In this document: piece by piece, positions 10,256 to 20,676 of the stretch
Layout of the letters: each line of letters begins with the position of its first letter
Position numbering within the stretch: the stretch's first letter is position 1
Source: Ascidiaceihabitans sp.
GTDB taxonomy: Bacteria > Pseudomonadota > Alphaproteobacteria > Rhodobacterales > Rhodobacteraceae
Direction: 5' to 3'
DNA: 64,000 nucleotides
Assembly (NCBI GenBank): GCA_047626725.1
Contig: JBLHSG010000004.1
Location: 78,328-142,327, forward strand
The notes under the pieces: generated by a model
What the model saw: the letters and a program-made list of their open reading frames with translations, nothing else
Databases searched by the model: none
What the model was told of the DNA's origin: nothing
Program-made: the position numbers and the translations under genes

Positions 10256-12733
10256 TTACGCCAAAGTACGCGTGATTTCCTCGCGTTCAAAGATTTCGAT
10301 CACATCGTCTGGACGAATATCTTCGTACTTTTCAAACGCCATGCCGCACTCGTGACCGGATTTAACATCCGCCACTTCGTCCTTGAAGCGTTTCAGCGTC
10401 TTCAGCGTGCCTTCGTGGATAACCACGTTGTCACGCAGCAAACGTACGCCTGCAGAACGACGTGCCACACCTTCGGTAACCATACAGCCCGCAACTTTGC
10501 CGACGCCAGTAACCTTGAACACTTCTTTGATTGTCGCATAACCAATAAAGTTTTCGCGGATTTCGTTGCTGAGCAAGCCGGACGCCGCCGCTTTTACATC
10601 GTCAACCATGTCGTAGATGACGGAATAATAGCGAATTTCGACACCTTTTTGGTTCGCGATGTTACGCGCTGATGCGTTTGCACGAACGTTAAAGCCGATG
10701 ACCGGTGCACCTGATGCTTCGGCCAAACCAACGTCTGTTTCGGTGATCGCGCCAACGCCGGAATGCAGGACACGTACCCGGACTTCGTCGTTGCCGATTT
10801 TTTCCATCGCTTGAACGATTGCTTCGGCAGATCCTTGAACGTCAGCTTTGACCAAGATTGGCAATTCGCTGACGTCGGCGTCTGCTTTGGCGTTCGCCAT
10901 CAGCTGTTCCAATGTCGTTGCCGCACCGGCTGCTGCGCGTTTGTCTTTTGCAGCTTTCTGGCGATATTCAGCAATTTCACGCGCTTGCGCTTCGGTTTCG
11001 GTAACGTTCAAAACGTCGCCCGCGCCAGGAGTACCGTTCAGGCCAAGGACCTCAACAGGAACAGATGGTCCGGCTTCTTTGATACGTTCGCCTTGATCGT
11101 TGATCAGGGCACGTACTTTACCATATTTTTCGCCAACAACAAAAATGTCACCAACACGCAGTGTACCGGTTTGGATCAGAACAGTGGCAACTGGGCCACG
11201 ACCCACGTCCAGCTTGGCCTCGATCACGGCACCTTGGGCGGCGCGATCAGGGTTGGCTTTCAGTTCCAGCAGTTCGGACTGCAACGCGATGGCTTCCAAC
11301 AGTTCGTCCAAACCTTCGCCTGTGTGCGCAGACACTTCGACGTCCTGCACATCACCGGACATTTTTTCCACAACAACTTCGTGCTGTAGCAAATCTGTAC
11401 GTACTTTGGTTGGGTTGGCTTCGTGCTTGTCGATCTTGTTGATCGCCACAATCATCGGCACGTTCGCGGCTTTTGCGTGTGCAATCGCTTCGATCGTTTG
11501 TGGCATCACAGCGTCATCCGCCGCGACAACCAGAATGACGATATCCGTAACCTGAGCACCGCGCGAACGCATGGATGTAAACGCAGCGTGGCCCGGAGTA
11601 TCAAGGAACGACAGCACTTGGCCGTTGTCCGTTGTCACCTGATAGGCACCAATGTGCTGCGTGATACCGCCAGCTTCGCCCGCCACAACTTTGGCTTTGC
11701 GAATGGCATCCAGCAACGACGTTTTACCGTGGTCAACGTGGCCCATGATCGTAACGACCGGTGGGCGCGGCTTCAGGTCTTCGTCTTTATCTTCAAAGAC
11801 GTTGATCACGTCTTCGACGTCCGCATCAGAAACGCGGTTCACCTTGTGACCAAATTCTTCGATGATCAGTTCGGCTGTATCGGCGTCGATGGTTTCGTTT
11901 TGCGTTACCATCATGTCCATTTTCATGAGGGCTTTGACAACGTCACCCACACGTTCGGTCATACGTGCTGCCAGCTCGGAAACCACGATGGCTTCTGGCA
12001 GGTTCACTGTACGCAATACTTTTTCGCGCTCGACTGTACCGCCCATCGCTTTTTGACGTGCACGTTCTTGCTTGCGCTTCATCTGCGCCATTGAACGCTG
12101 GCGACCTGCGCCGCCTGCCAATGCCTGGTTCAGCGTCAGCTTGCCGGAACGGCGCGCGTCTTCTTCGCGCCCACGGTTTGGACGGGCTTGTTGGTCACGC
12201 TCGTTTTTACGCGGAGTCGCAGCTGGCAACGGGCCACCACGGTTCGGCGTTGGACGCGCTTGTGCCGGTTCAGCAGGAGCAGCTGCAGCTTGCGCCGCAG
12301 CTTCAGCCGCTTTAACCGCCGCCGCTTCTTCTTCGGCTTTCGCCTTCAGGCTCTCTGCGCGTTCTTTTTCTTCGCGTTCTTTTGCGTCGATTTCAGCACG
12401 ACGGCGCTCGCGGTCTTCGGCGCGGGCTTTTTCGTCGGCGGCCCGTGCGGCTGCTTCTTCGACTTCACGTGCCTTGGCGGCTTGAACGGCCTTTAGGCGG
12501 CGTTCCATTTCTGCGTCGGTGATGCCAGCAGGGCGTCTGGACGGATCGCCCACACCTAAAGGCGCGACTGCGCCCGCTTTGTTGGCCGCACCCGGTTTAG
12601 GGACCACAACGCGTTTGCGCTTGGTCTCGACGACGACGTTTTTGGTACGCCCGTGGCTGAAACTTTGTTTCACATTGCCAGGACGCGCGCCTCCGCGCAG
12701 ACCCAATGTTTTTTTACCGTCAGTATCGCTCAT
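10256..12733 (-). CDS. infB: Translation initiation factor IF-2
   Basis: [53 protein letters not shown]. Confidence 0.99.
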   Translation of the reverse strand: MSDTDGKKTLGLRGGARPGNVKQSFSHGRTKNVVVETKRKRVVVPKPGAANKAGAVAPLGVGDPSRRPAGITDAEMERRLKAVQAAKAREVEEAAARAADEKARAEDRERRRAEIDAKEREEKERAESLKAKAEEEAAAVKAAEAAAQAAAAPAEPAQARPTPNRGGPLPAATPRKNERDQQARPNRGREEDARRSGKLTLNQALAGGAGRQRSMAQMKRKQERARQKAMGGTVEREKVLRTVNLPEAIVVSELAARMTERVGDVVKALMKMDMMVTQNETIDADTAELIIEEFGHKVNRVSDADVEDVINVFEDKDEDLKPRPPVVTIMGHVDHGKTSLLDAIRKAKVVAGEAGGITQHIGAYQVTTDNGQVLSFLDTPGHAAFTSMRSRGAQVTDIVILVVAADDAVMPQTIEAIAHAKAANVPMIVAINKIDKHEANPTKVRTDLLQHEVVVEKMSGDVQDVEVSAHTGEGLDELLEAIALQSELLELKANPDRAAQGAVIEAKLDVGRGPVATVLIQTGTLRVGDIFVVGEKYGKVRALINDQGERIKEAGPSVPVEVLGLNGTPGAGDVLNVTETEAQAREIAEYRQKAAKDKRAAAGAATTLEQLMANAKADADVSELPILVKADVQGSAEAIVQAMEKIGNDEVRVRVLHSGVGAITETDVGLAEASGAPVIGFNVRANASARNIANQKGVEIRYYSVIYDMVDDVKAAASGLLSNEIRENFIGYATIKEVFKVTGVGKVAGCMVTEGVARRSAGVRLLRDNVVIHEGTLKTLKRFKDEVADVKSGHECGMAFEKYEDIRPDDVIEIFEREEITRTLA

Positions 12734-12742
12734 CTAGCTCGT

Positions 12743-13363
12743 CTATCCTTCCGAATGGCCAATGCCATCCTCTTTTGCGCGCACGCCACGCAACCTCTGG
12801 GCTTCCTCTACAACACGTTTCGTGAGTCCACCAGAGGCGAGCGCCCCATGTACTACAGTTTCGCGTCCAAAAGCCAAGCCCAATTCATCTGCTGTCAGCC
12901 AGCCAATATAGCTACCGTAGTGTGGCGTGCTAAGTTTTGATTTGCCGCGCCCGGACCCGTCAGAGGCCTGAAACAGCACTTGCGCTTCTTCTGATTGAAG
13001 CCAAGCTTTCGTCTTTTCGTATCCGGCAACAGCCGATCCTGCTTTGCGTGACATCGCGATCAGATTGACCACTTGGCGCGCCAGTTGCTTTTCGACTTCG
13101 GCCAGTAGATCGTCAGGTATCTTGACCTGTTGCTTGGCACCACGCGCGAACAATTTCTTGCTCACTGCGGTTTCTAGCGCGTCACGATCCGCTGCCACGT
13201 AAATCCCACGCCCAGGTAACTTTCCTGAGACATCGGGATAAATCATATCTTCGGGCCCCACCACAAAACGGATCAAGCCATACTTAGGCTGGACCTCGCC
13301 TGTGACAATGCACTTGCGATCAGGACCGTCTTCCCGGTCTTTGGAGGCGCCACCGCGACTCAT
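12743..13363 (-). CDS. YlxR/DUF448-family RNA-binding protein with a C-terminal L7Ae-like region
   Basis: RKCIVTG...LIRFV...GRGIYV; conserved position between nusA and infB. Confidence 0.85.
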   Translation of the reverse strand: MSRGGASKDREDGPDRKCIVTGEVQPKYGLIRFVVGPEDMIYPDVSGKLPGRGIYVAADRDALETAVSKKLFARGAKQQVKIPDDLLAEVEKQLARQVVNLIAMSRKAGSAVAGYEKTKAWLQSEEAQVLFQASDGSGRGKSKLSTPHYGSYIGWLTADELGLAFGRETVVHGALASGGLTKRVVEEAQRLRGVRAKEDGIGHSEG

Positions 13364-13385
13364 CGGATTCCCCCGAGGCCTACGA

Positions 13386-15002
13386 TCAGGCCTCGGCTTC
13401 CTCTTCTGTTTCAGCGTCGTCGTCTTCTACGTCCGCTTCTAGTTCCGTTGGATCAACCCAACCCAGCATAACGCGGGCGGTCATAATCATTGTTTGTGCG
13501 TCTTCCAGCGAAATCTCGAAAGGTTCCAAGCAACCGTCGTCTTTGATGCGTTCGCCATTTTCTGTGGTCCAACCGCCAGCCAGCTCCCAATCCGCGCAAG
13601 TCGCGAAATCTTCGAGCGTCTTAACGTCGTCTTTGGCCAATGCCTCAAGCATTTGGGGTGTCAGACCTTCGAATTCAACCAGGCTGTCTTCGACGCCCAG
13701 CGCACGTGCCGCATCAAGTGCCGCTTTGTTCGCTGCTTCTAGCACATCGCGGGCACGGGCCTGCAATTCGCCAGCTGTACCTTCGTCGACACCATCGATG
13801 ACCAGCAGTTCGCCAACTTCGACGTATGCGACTTCTTCGAGGTTCGTGAACCCTTCGGACACCAGCAACTGGGCAAAGAATTCGTCCAGGTCCAAGTTGT
13901 CCATGAACAGCTTGGTGCGGGTTTCGAATTCGGCCTGACGACGCGCGGATTCGTCAGCTTCGGTCATGATGTCGATATCAAGACCCGTCAGCTGAGACGC
14001 CAAGCGCACGTTTTGACCACGACGACCAATTGCCAACGACAACTGTTCTTCTGGAACAACAACTTCGATTTTTCCGGCTTCTTCGTCCAAAACAACTTTG
14101 GACACTTCGGCTGGCTGCAACGCGTTCACGAGGAACGTTGGCTGATCGTCATTCCAAGGAATGATGTCGATCTTTTCGCCCTGCAATTCGTTGACCACAG
14201 CCTGAACGCGCGATCCACGCATACCAACACAGGCACCGACGGGATCGATCGAATTGTCATACGAAATCACAGCGATTTTAGCGCGCGAACCCGGGTCACG
14301 GGCGACGGCCTTAATCTCAATGATACCATCGTAAATTTCCGGCACTTCCATCTTGAACAGCTCGGCCATGAATTCTGGTGCTGTGCGTGACAAAAAGATT
14401 TGCGGACCGCGTTGTTCGCGACGCACGTCTTTGATGTAAACGCGGATACGGTCGTTCGGGCGATATGATTCGCGGCCGATTTTCTCGTTGCGACGCAAGA
14501 TTGCTTCGCCTGCGCCCACATCGACGATGACGTTGCCGTATTCTTCGCGTTTGACCAAACCGTTGATGATTGTGCCTGCGCGATCTTTGAATTCTTCGTA
14601 CTGACGGTCACGCTCGGCTTCGCGGATCTTTTGCAAGATCACTTGTTTGGCGGACTGTGCAGCGATGCGGCCCATTTCGACTGGCGGTACTTCTTCGCTG
14701 AATTGCTGACCAATTTCCGGGTCGGCCATGTATTGCTTGGCTTGCTCTACTGTGAATTCAGCTTGGTAGTTTTCCAGCTCGTCTTCGGCAACCACGGTGC
14801 GCACGCGGGTGAATGTCGCGCGGCCAGTTTTGCGGTCAATCGCGACGCGAATGTCCATTTCCGCGCCGTAGCGGGACTTGGCAGCACGCGCGAGCGACTC
14901 TTCCATCGCTTCGATCACCAAACCGGGTTCGATCATCTTTTCGCGAGCAACAGCCTCAGCCGTTTGCAGCAGCTCAAGCTGGTTTGCAGAAGTAATAGCC
15001 AT
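13386..15002 (-). CDS. nusA: Transcription termination factor NusA
   Basis: GRIAAQSAKQVI, S1 domain, ARDPGSRAKIAV, DPVGACVGMRGSRV, LSLAIGRRGQNVRLASQLTG. Confidence 0.99.
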   Translation of the reverse strand: MAITSANQLELLQTAEAVAREKMIEPGLVIEAMEESLARAAKSRYGAEMDIRVAIDRKTGRATFTRVRTVVAEDELENYQAEFTVEQAKQYMADPEIGQQFSEEVPPVEMGRIAAQSAKQVILQKIREAERDRQYEEFKDRAGTIINGLVKREEYGNVIVDVGAGEAILRRNEKIGRESYRPNDRIRVYIKDVRREQRGPQIFLSRTAPEFMAELFKMEVPEIYDGIIEIKAVARDPGSRAKIAVISYDNSIDPVGACVGMRGSRVQAVVNELQGEKIDIIPWNDDQPTFLVNALQPAEVSKVVLDEEAGKIEVVVPEEQLSLAIGRRGQNVRLASQLTGLDIDIMTEADESARRQAEFETRTKLFMDNLDLDEFFAQLLVSEGFTNLEEVAYVEVGELLVIDGVDEGTAGELQARARDVLEAANKAALDAARALGVEDSLVEFEGLTPQMLEALAKDDVKTLEDFATCADWELAGGWTTENGERIKDDGCLEPFEISLEDAQTMIMTARVMLGWVDPTELEADVEDDDAETEEEAEA

Positions 15003-15595
15003 TATTTTTCTCCTTCGCCGGACTCTTCAGTCGGCATCTCTTCGGTCTCTATCTCGTCAAACGCGTCTTCGTTTAACGTGCCAGCAGCCTTGCGCTGACG
15101 TAACATTTCTTTGATCAACTCGTCGGTCAGGACCAGCTTGGCATCAGACAACCAATCGAATTTCAGGCCAATTGTGCCCTCTTCGACGTTTATCAAAACT
15201 TCGTCGCCTTCGGTGCCAGCAAGTTCACCTTTGAACCGGCGGCGGCCATCGACCAATTCGGTCGTTTCGATCTTGGCCTCGTACCCTTCGAAGTTTTCGA
15301 AATCTTTCATCCGGGTCAGCGGACGATCAATGCCCGGACTGGACACCTCAAGCGCGTATTCCTCGGTGATCGGGTCTTCGACGTCCAGGACGGCACCGAT
15401 TTCATTTGAAATCTTGGCGCAATCATCAACTTCAATCCCGCCTTCAGGCTTGTCCGCCATCACTTGCAGGATCGCGTTTTTGCCGGTCATCAACCGCACG
15501 CGCACCAATTCATAGCCCATGTCTTCGATCACCGGAGTGATGATTTGAGCCAGTCGTTGGTCAATTGCTGCTTTTGCGATCAGGTCGTTGTTCAT
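15002..15595 (-). CDS. rimP: Ribosome maturation factor RimP
   Basis: [25 protein letters not shown]; start taken at ATG 15595 because the longer ORF start lies upstream of the leader terminator. Confidence 0.95.
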   Translation of the reverse strand: MNNDLIAKAAIDQRLAQIITPVIEDMGYELVRVRLMTGKNAILQVMADKPEGGIEVDDCAKISNEIGAVLDVEDPITEEYALEVSSPGIDRPLTRMKDFENFEGYEAKIETTELVDGRRRFKGELAGTEGDEVLINVEEGTIGLKFDWLSDAKLVLTDELIKEMLRQRKAAGTLNEDAFDEIETEEMPTEESGEGEK

Positions 15596-15619
15596 GATAT
15601 CCATCTGCCAATACGGCAC

Positions 15620-15643
15620 AAAAAAACGGGCGCGCGGCCCGTT
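15620..15643 (-). terminator. Intrinsic terminator in the rimP 5' leader (attenuator)
   Basis: Minus strand AACGGGC-CGCGC-GCCCGTT followed by TTTTT, 25 nt before the rimP ATG. Confidence 0.75.
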
Positions 15644-15696
15644 GTAAAGGTCGGTGGGCATTGGGTTTGGACCCCATCACCGCGCTGTTAAAAGCC

Positions 15697-15725
15697 ATAT
15701 ACGCAAACCAAGCTGAGTCTGCAAG
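15697..15725 (-). promoter_or_regulatory. Putative RpoD promoter of the rimP-nusA-infB operon
   Basis: Minus strand CTTGCA-N17-GTATAT, close to the alphaproteobacterial CTTGAC-N17-CTATAT consensus. Confidence 0.6.
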
Positions 15726-15734
15726 GCCTATCGG

Positions 15735-16595
15735 TTACGCCATCCACCAGCGCTGGGTCATGCGCAAATCATCCAACGGCCAAACAGCGCCGACAGATGC
15801 CGGAACCCCGATCGTTTTACGCGCGATTTGCTGCGGAGCATAATCAGATGGCAGCACCTGAAAATCGACGGGATCGGAATAATCATCAAGGACAATAATG
15901 TCAGCCACATCAACCAGCGTATCGCGCAATGCCTCGGCGCGCACCGCATCTGACGGGATTGAAACCAGTTCAACCGTATCGAACCAACCTGCGTCGCCAT
16001 CCTTGCGATGGGTTGGCATCCGCGTGCCGATAAAATGGCGCCCTGCCTGGAATTTCTGAACGCGGTACAAGCCCGTCCCGATCCCTGCATCCTGACGCGA
16101 TTGTTCCAGCGGAAGAACGGCAAACCGTGGATCAGCCAAAACATAGGGCAAGCTAGGATTTGCAGCAGCCAAGGTCACGTGCAGCGATTGTGCGCCCAGC
16201 GCATCTGCCGTGACCACTTTCAGATCCGTGTGATCCAATAGCATCGCGGCCACATCATCCATCCGCAGCGCGTGACCGTCATGAAACACCACGTCTTTGT
16301 GCGTTTCAAACACCCAGCTTAGGCCACCATCCTGCGTCGCCCAACCTGTCGCGATATCACCACGCAATGTTCCGTCAGCTGCGATTTCAGTCAAAGTTTC
16401 GTACACAGCGCCGCGTGCGGCCTGCATGAAAATACCATGCGGTTGCGCCCACGAATCCGCGCGATTTGCACCAGACAATGCAGCAACCAATCGCCCACCC
16501 CGTTTTGGCGCGGCATATGCCGGAACACCCGTGGCCGCGAACAGCGCAGCGGCAGCACCCGACGTAAATAATAGGCGGCGATCAAGACGGGTCAT
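15735..16595 (-). CDS. Short family-5 (peptide/nickel-type) solute-binding protein with a Tat-like signal
   Basis: RRLLFTSGAAAALF twin-arginine leader, PKRGGRL, VYETLTE, VVFHDG, GTGLY; only 286 aa. Confidence 0.8.
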   Translation of the reverse strand: MTRLDRRLLFTSGAAAALFAATGVPAYAAPKRGGRLVAALSGANRADSWAQPHGIFMQAARGAVYETLTEIAADGTLRGDIATGWATQDGGLSWVFETHKDVVFHDGHALRMDDVAAMLLDHTDLKVVTADALGAQSLHVTLAAANPSLPYVLADPRFAVLPLEQSRQDAGIGTGLYRVQKFQAGRHFIGTRMPTHRKDGDAGWFDTVELVSIPSDAVRAEALRDTLVDVADIIVLDDYSDPVDFQVLPSDYAPQQIARKTIGVPASVGAVWPLDDLRMTQRWWMA

Positions 16596-17563
16596 GTCAC
16601 CGCAATCCGATCCATTGTCCGCACCAATTCGGCGCTGATGCCCGGTTCGGACAGCGCGTGCCCGGCAATGCGGACCATTTTCAGATCACAGTTCGGCCAA
16701 ACCTGCGCGATGGAATAGGCGGATTCAGGTGGGCAAATCATGTCGTAACGCCCCTGCACAATTGTACCGGGAATGTGCGCAATTCGATCCATGTTGGCAA
16801 GGATCTGACCATCAAATTCAAGGAAACCCGCGTTAGTGAAATAGTGGTTTTCCAAACGCGCAAAGGCACGCGCATATTCGCCCGGGGCCTCGCCGCTGTT
16901 GCCATTCGAATGGATCGAGGCAAGCGCATTTTCCCACGCCGACCACGCCTTGGCGTAGCGGGTTTCAAGCTGCATATCGCCAGAAAATAACCGACGATGA
17001 TAGGCACCGATCATATCATCGCGTTCGTCCTCAGGCACCAATGCTACAAATCGCGCCCATGTTTCAGGCCAGAATTTCCCTGCGCCACCACCATAGAACC
17101 AGTCCAGTTCCACTTGGGTCATCAGGAACACGCCGCGCAGCACCAAATGTGTCGTCCGTTCGGGATGCGTTTGGCCGTAAATCAACGACAACGTCGCGCC
17201 CCAACTGCCGCCAAACACGATCCACGCATCAATTTCCAGCGCATGACGAATCGCTTCGATATCAGCAACCAAATGCCACGTGGTATTATCGGACACGGTC
17301 GCATGGGGGCGCGAGCGGCCACAGCCACGTTGGTCAAACAGAATAACGCGGTACACGGACGGGTCAAAATAACGGCGCATCGATGGGCTACATCCACCGC
17401 CCGGCCCGCCATGCAACACAACTACGGGTATCCCTTTGGGATTGCCGCATTGCTCGACATAAATGCGATGGCCTTGGCCAACATCCATCATCCGCTGATC
17501 GAAAGGGTCAATCGGTGGGTACAGATATTGCACTGCGCGCTTTTGATCCGTGTGTTTGTCCAT
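16592..17563 (-). CDS. pip: Proline iminopeptidase
   Basis: [26 protein letters not shown] nucleophile elbow, VQGRYD, AGH; start at ATG 17563. Confidence 0.96.
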   Translation of the reverse strand: MDKHTDQKRAVQYLYPPIDPFDQRMMDVGQGHRIYVEQCGNPKGIPVVVLHGGPGGGCSPSMRRYFDPSVYRVILFDQRGCGRSRPHATVSDNTTWHLVADIEAIRHALEIDAWIVFGGSWGATLSLIYGQTHPERTTHLVLRGVFLMTQVELDWFYGGGAGKFWPETWARFVALVPEDERDDMIGAYHRRLFSGDMQLETRYAKAWSAWENALASIHSNGNSGEAPGEYARAFARLENHYFTNAGFLEFDGQILANMDRIAHIPGTIVQGRYDMICPPESAYSIAQVWPNCDLKMVRIAGHALSEPGISAELVRTMDRIAVT

Positions 17564-17612
17564 TACCGCCCTATATAAGCATGAAGCAGCACAACACCAT
17601 ACGGAGATCACA

Positions 17613-18362
17613 ATGCAAACGCATCAAACCACAGTTGATCCGGCAGAAATCGCCAAATTCGAAGCCATGGCAGCCGAATGGTGGGATCCCAACGGGAAAT
17701 TCAAACCGCTGCATATGCTAAACCCCTGCCGTTTGGATTATATCACATCGCAAATCGCAGGTGAATATGACCGCGACATGAAACAGCCAATGCCGTTTGC
17801 GGGGCTCCGCATCTTGGATATTGGTTGCGGCGGCGGATTGTTGTCTGAACCGATGGCGCGTCTTGGGGCCACTGTTGTTGGCGTGGACGCAGCCGAACGT
17901 AACATTCCAGTTGCTCAAGCACATGCCGCGCAATCTGAATTAGATATCGATTACCGGTTCACCACAGCCGAAGCGATGGCTGCCGCAGGTGAACAATTTG
18001 ATGTCGTCATGAATATGGAAGTCGTCGAACACGTCGCCGACCCGCTGGCCTATATGACAGCCTGCCAATTGTTGCTGAAACCCGGTGGCTTGCATGTCTG
18101 TTCCACAATCAACCGCAATCCAAAATCGTTTATGTTTGCGATTGTGGGCGCTGAACACGTGATGCGCTGGTTGCCCAAGGGCACGCACGAATGGAACAAA
18201 TTCATCACGCCGGACGAGCTGTTCGAACTGCACAAACAGTCAGGGATGGAACCGGTGGATCGCCAAGGATTTGTGTTCAATCCAATCACTTGGGGTTGGA
18301 AACTGTCTGATCGCGATCTGAGCGTGAATTATGTTACCGCCAGCATCAAGCCCAGCGCCTAA
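17613..18362 (+). CDS. ubiG: Ubiquinone biosynthesis O-methyltransferase
   Basis: [48 protein letters not shown]; GGAGA RBS before ATG 17613. Confidence 0.97.
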   Translation: MQTHQTTVDPAEIAKFEAMAAEWWDPNGKFKPLHMLNPCRLDYITSQIAGEYDRDMKQPMPFAGLRILDIGCGGGLLSEPMARLGATVVGVDAAERNIPVAQAHAAQSELDIDYRFTTAEAMAAAGEQFDVVMNMEVVEHVADPLAYMTACQLLLKPGGLHVCSTINRNPKSFMFAIVGAEHVMRWLPKGTHEWNKFITPDELFELHKQSGMEPVDRQGFVFNPITWGWKLSDRDLSVNYVTASIKPSA

Positions 18363-18790
18363 AGCTGTTTACGCAACTCGCGCAGGATCGGCAGGGTCGC
18401 TTTGACGCGATCCTCGCCCAACTGTTCGATCACCTGATTGATCATCGGGGCAATCGCACTTAGCGCCTGTTCACGCGCGGCTTTACCCGACGGGCTGATC
18501 GCAACCATCTTGCGACGCGCATCATCCCAATCGGGGCGCACGTGGATGTAACCCGCCCACTCCAGCTTGCTTAGCGTGTTGGTCATTGCGCCGCGTGTTA
18601 CGTTAAATGTCTCGGCCAATTGCGCCGGCGTGCGTTCGCCATTGTGCCAATCCAGATTGTTCAGAACCGAAAAATGCGAAATTTCCATGCCTTTGGGCAA
18701 CACACGACTTAGCCGGTTGCGAACCGTTTGGTCCGCCGCCAAAATCTCGCCGAACAGCGAAATTGCTAGGGCATTTTTGTCGCTACTCAT
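18359..18790 (-). CDS. MarR family transcriptional regulator
   Basis: Winged-helix pattern [24 protein letters not shown]...[10 protein letters not shown]. Confidence 0.9.
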   Translation of the reverse strand: MSSDKNALAISLFGEILAADQTVRNRLSRVLPKGMEISHFSVLNNLDWHNGERTPAQLAETFNVTRGAMTNTLSKLEWAGYIHVRPDWDDARRKMVAISPSGKAAREQALSAIAPMINQVIEQLGEDRVKATLPILRELRKQL

Positions 18791-18805
18791 TTTGCGCGCC
18801 GCTGT

Positions 18806-19636
18806 TTACGGGGCCTCAAAGGATTGCGCATTGTGCAAAGCCGGAACTTTGCGTCGCGCATCGGCCACGTTTTCCATATCCATTTCAAACGCATAAACGC
18901 CAGCATCTGCGCCTGCGTCAAGGATAACCTCACCCCAAGGGGCCACAACCAGCGAATGGCCATAGGTGCTGCGCGGCTTTGCGCCACTGGATGCGTGCAG
19001 GCCGGTTTGGGCTGGCGCGATCACGTAACACCCCGTTTCGATGGCACGCGCACGCAACAATGAATGCCAATGCGCCGCGCCAGTAACGGGTGAAAACGCG
19101 GCTGGATATGTCAGAATTTGCGCGCCCGCCTGGGCCAACGCATTGGACAACAGCGGGAACCGCATATCGTAGCAAATAGCCATACCGATCGCCGCAAACG
19201 GGGTTTCAGCCACAACAGCTTTGGTTCCAGCGCGGTAACCTGAGGATTCCTGAAATGTCTCGGTTTCGGAAATCTGAACATCGAACATGTGGATTTTATC
19301 GTAGTGCGCAATGATTTCGCCCTGCGGATCAATCAAGAACGACCTGTTGGCAAACCGCCCATCTGCGTCATCGGTTTTTAACGCCAACGATCCGATCAAC
19401 AGCCAGATCCCGTGCTTTTTGGCCGCGATGCACAAAGCGGCCAAGGTTTGATCCTGACCTTGATGCTGCAAAACGCTTTGTTGATAGGATCGGCTGGTCG
19501 ACACGCAATTCGTGACCTCAGGGGTCAAAACGAACTGCGCGCCGGTCGCGACTGCATCGTCCAAATAGGCCAGCGTCTGAATCAAATTCTGCGCCGGATC
19601 ATCCGAGACGTTTAACTGCAGCAACGCTGCTTTCAT
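18806..19636 (-). CDS. Carbon-nitrogen hydrolase (Nit1/YbeM-like, possible deaminated-glutathione amidase)
   Basis: Catalytic triad contexts TPEV, YDKIHMFD, ICYDMRFP; RARAIETG, YGHSLVVAPWG. Confidence 0.9.
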   Translation of the reverse strand: MKAALLQLNVSDDPAQNLIQTLAYLDDAVATGAQFVLTPEVTNCVSTSRSYQQSVLQHQGQDQTLAALCIAAKKHGIWLLIGSLALKTDDADGRFANRSFLIDPQGEIIAHYDKIHMFDVQISETETFQESSGYRAGTKAVVAETPFAAIGMAICYDMRFPLLSNALAQAGAQILTYPAAFSPVTGAAHWHSLLRARAIETGCYVIAPAQTGLHASSGAKPRSTYGHSLVVAPWGEVILDAGADAGVYAFEMDMENVADARRKVPALHNAQSFEAP

Positions 19637-19893
19637 TGCAAAGCTAACATTTTGTCCAACATGCCAGCGCGTTCCAACGCGTGCAGTTCATCGCAGCCAC
19701 CAATGTGTTCACCACCGATAAAAATTTGCGGCACACTGCGGCCACCTTGGGCGCGCTGGATCATTTCTGCTTTTTTCTCTGGCTGCGCCAAAACATCGGT
19801 TTCTTCGAATTCGATGTTTTTTTGGGTCAGCAATCGTTTGGCAGCGTGGCAGTATCCGCACAGCGGCGAGGTGTAAATTTCGACCTTATTCAT
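19633..19893 (-). CDS. grxC: Glutaredoxin 3
   Basis: CGYC active site, SVPQIFIG, HIGGCDEL. Confidence 0.95.
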   Translation of the reverse strand: MNKVEIYTSPLCGYCHAAKRLLTQKNIEFEETDVLAQPEKKAEMIQRAQGGRSVPQIFIGGEHIGGCDELHALERAGMLDKMLALQ

Positions 19894-19929
19894 GGGTCAT
19901 ATCCTTCGTGAGAAATCGTTAATCGGAAC

Positions 19930-20661
19930 CTAAGTGTCTTTGGCCACTCGCGCCAGTGTAACGACGCAAACGTGACTTGCACCTGCTAAGTGACAGGCTT
20001 CGGTCGCCGCGGCCAAAGTCGCGCCTGATGTCATAACATCATCTACCAGCAAAACAGGCCGCCCTGCCATCTTATGTTTACGCCTTGGGTGGGGGCGAAT
20101 TGCGTCCTTTAGCGCAGTAAAACGGGCATCGCGGCCCAAACCATCCAATGAAACAGTGCGTTGCGGCCGGATCAGCAAATCAGGGCAACATTCCAGATCA
20201 ACCTGTTTGGCCAAGGCCTGCGCCAGCAAAGTTGATTGATTATAGCGTCGTTTCAACAATCGCGTCCAATGCAACGGCACCGGCGCGATCAACATATGAG
20301 GCTGCAAAATGTCCCTGACCGCGGCCGCCATCCACAACGCAGCAGGACGCACAACATCGTGACGATCCCCATGTTTCAGGCCCAACACCAACTTGCGCCC
20401 GTTGTCTTTGTACAAAACCGCAGACCGCCCATGCGCCCAGGGCCGCGCAACCGTCATACATTCATCGCAATGCGCCATCGCGCCGGGATCATCGCCAAGC
20501 AATGGCACCCCACACGCATCACAAATCGTTGATCCGATAAATTGCGTATCGCGCCAGCACGGTCCGCACAGGCCAAAATCGCTGTCTACCGTGGCAGAAC
20601 AGGTCAGGCAGCGCGGCGGGTACACAAGGCGAAGTGCGGTTTGTAATGTGCTCACTGCCAT
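19930..20661 (-). CDS. comF: ComF family protein (double zinc ribbon plus PRTase-like domain)
   Basis: PPRCLTC, CGPC, CDACG, CDEC, RRYNQS, VLLVDDVMTSGATL; start near 20661. Confidence 0.9.
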   Translation of the reverse strand: MAVSTLQTALRLVYPPRCLTCSATVDSDFGLCGPCWRDTQFIGSTICDACGVPLLGDDPGAMAHCDECMTVARPWAHGRSAVLYKDNGRKLVLGLKHGDRHDVVRPAALWMAAAVRDILQPHMLIAPVPLHWTRLLKRRYNQSTLLAQALAKQVDLECCPDLLIRPQRTVSLDGLGRDARFTALKDAIRPHPRRKHKMAGRPVLLVDDVMTSGATLAAATEACHLAGASHVCVVTLARVAKDT

Positions 20662-20676
20662 TCTATCTGTCCCCCT

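Noticed and set aside
10220-15098. Many plus-strand ORFs opposite infB and nusA
   Set aside because: Shadow ORFs typical of codon-biased GC-rich genes
15596-15661. 22-aa in-frame N-terminal extension of RimP or a leader peptide
   Set aside because: No RBS, and it runs through the terminator hairpin; better explained as a non-coding leader
17541-17576. RpoH-like -10 element (CCTATAT) upstream of ubiG
   Set aside because: No acceptable -35 element at the 15-16 nt spacing
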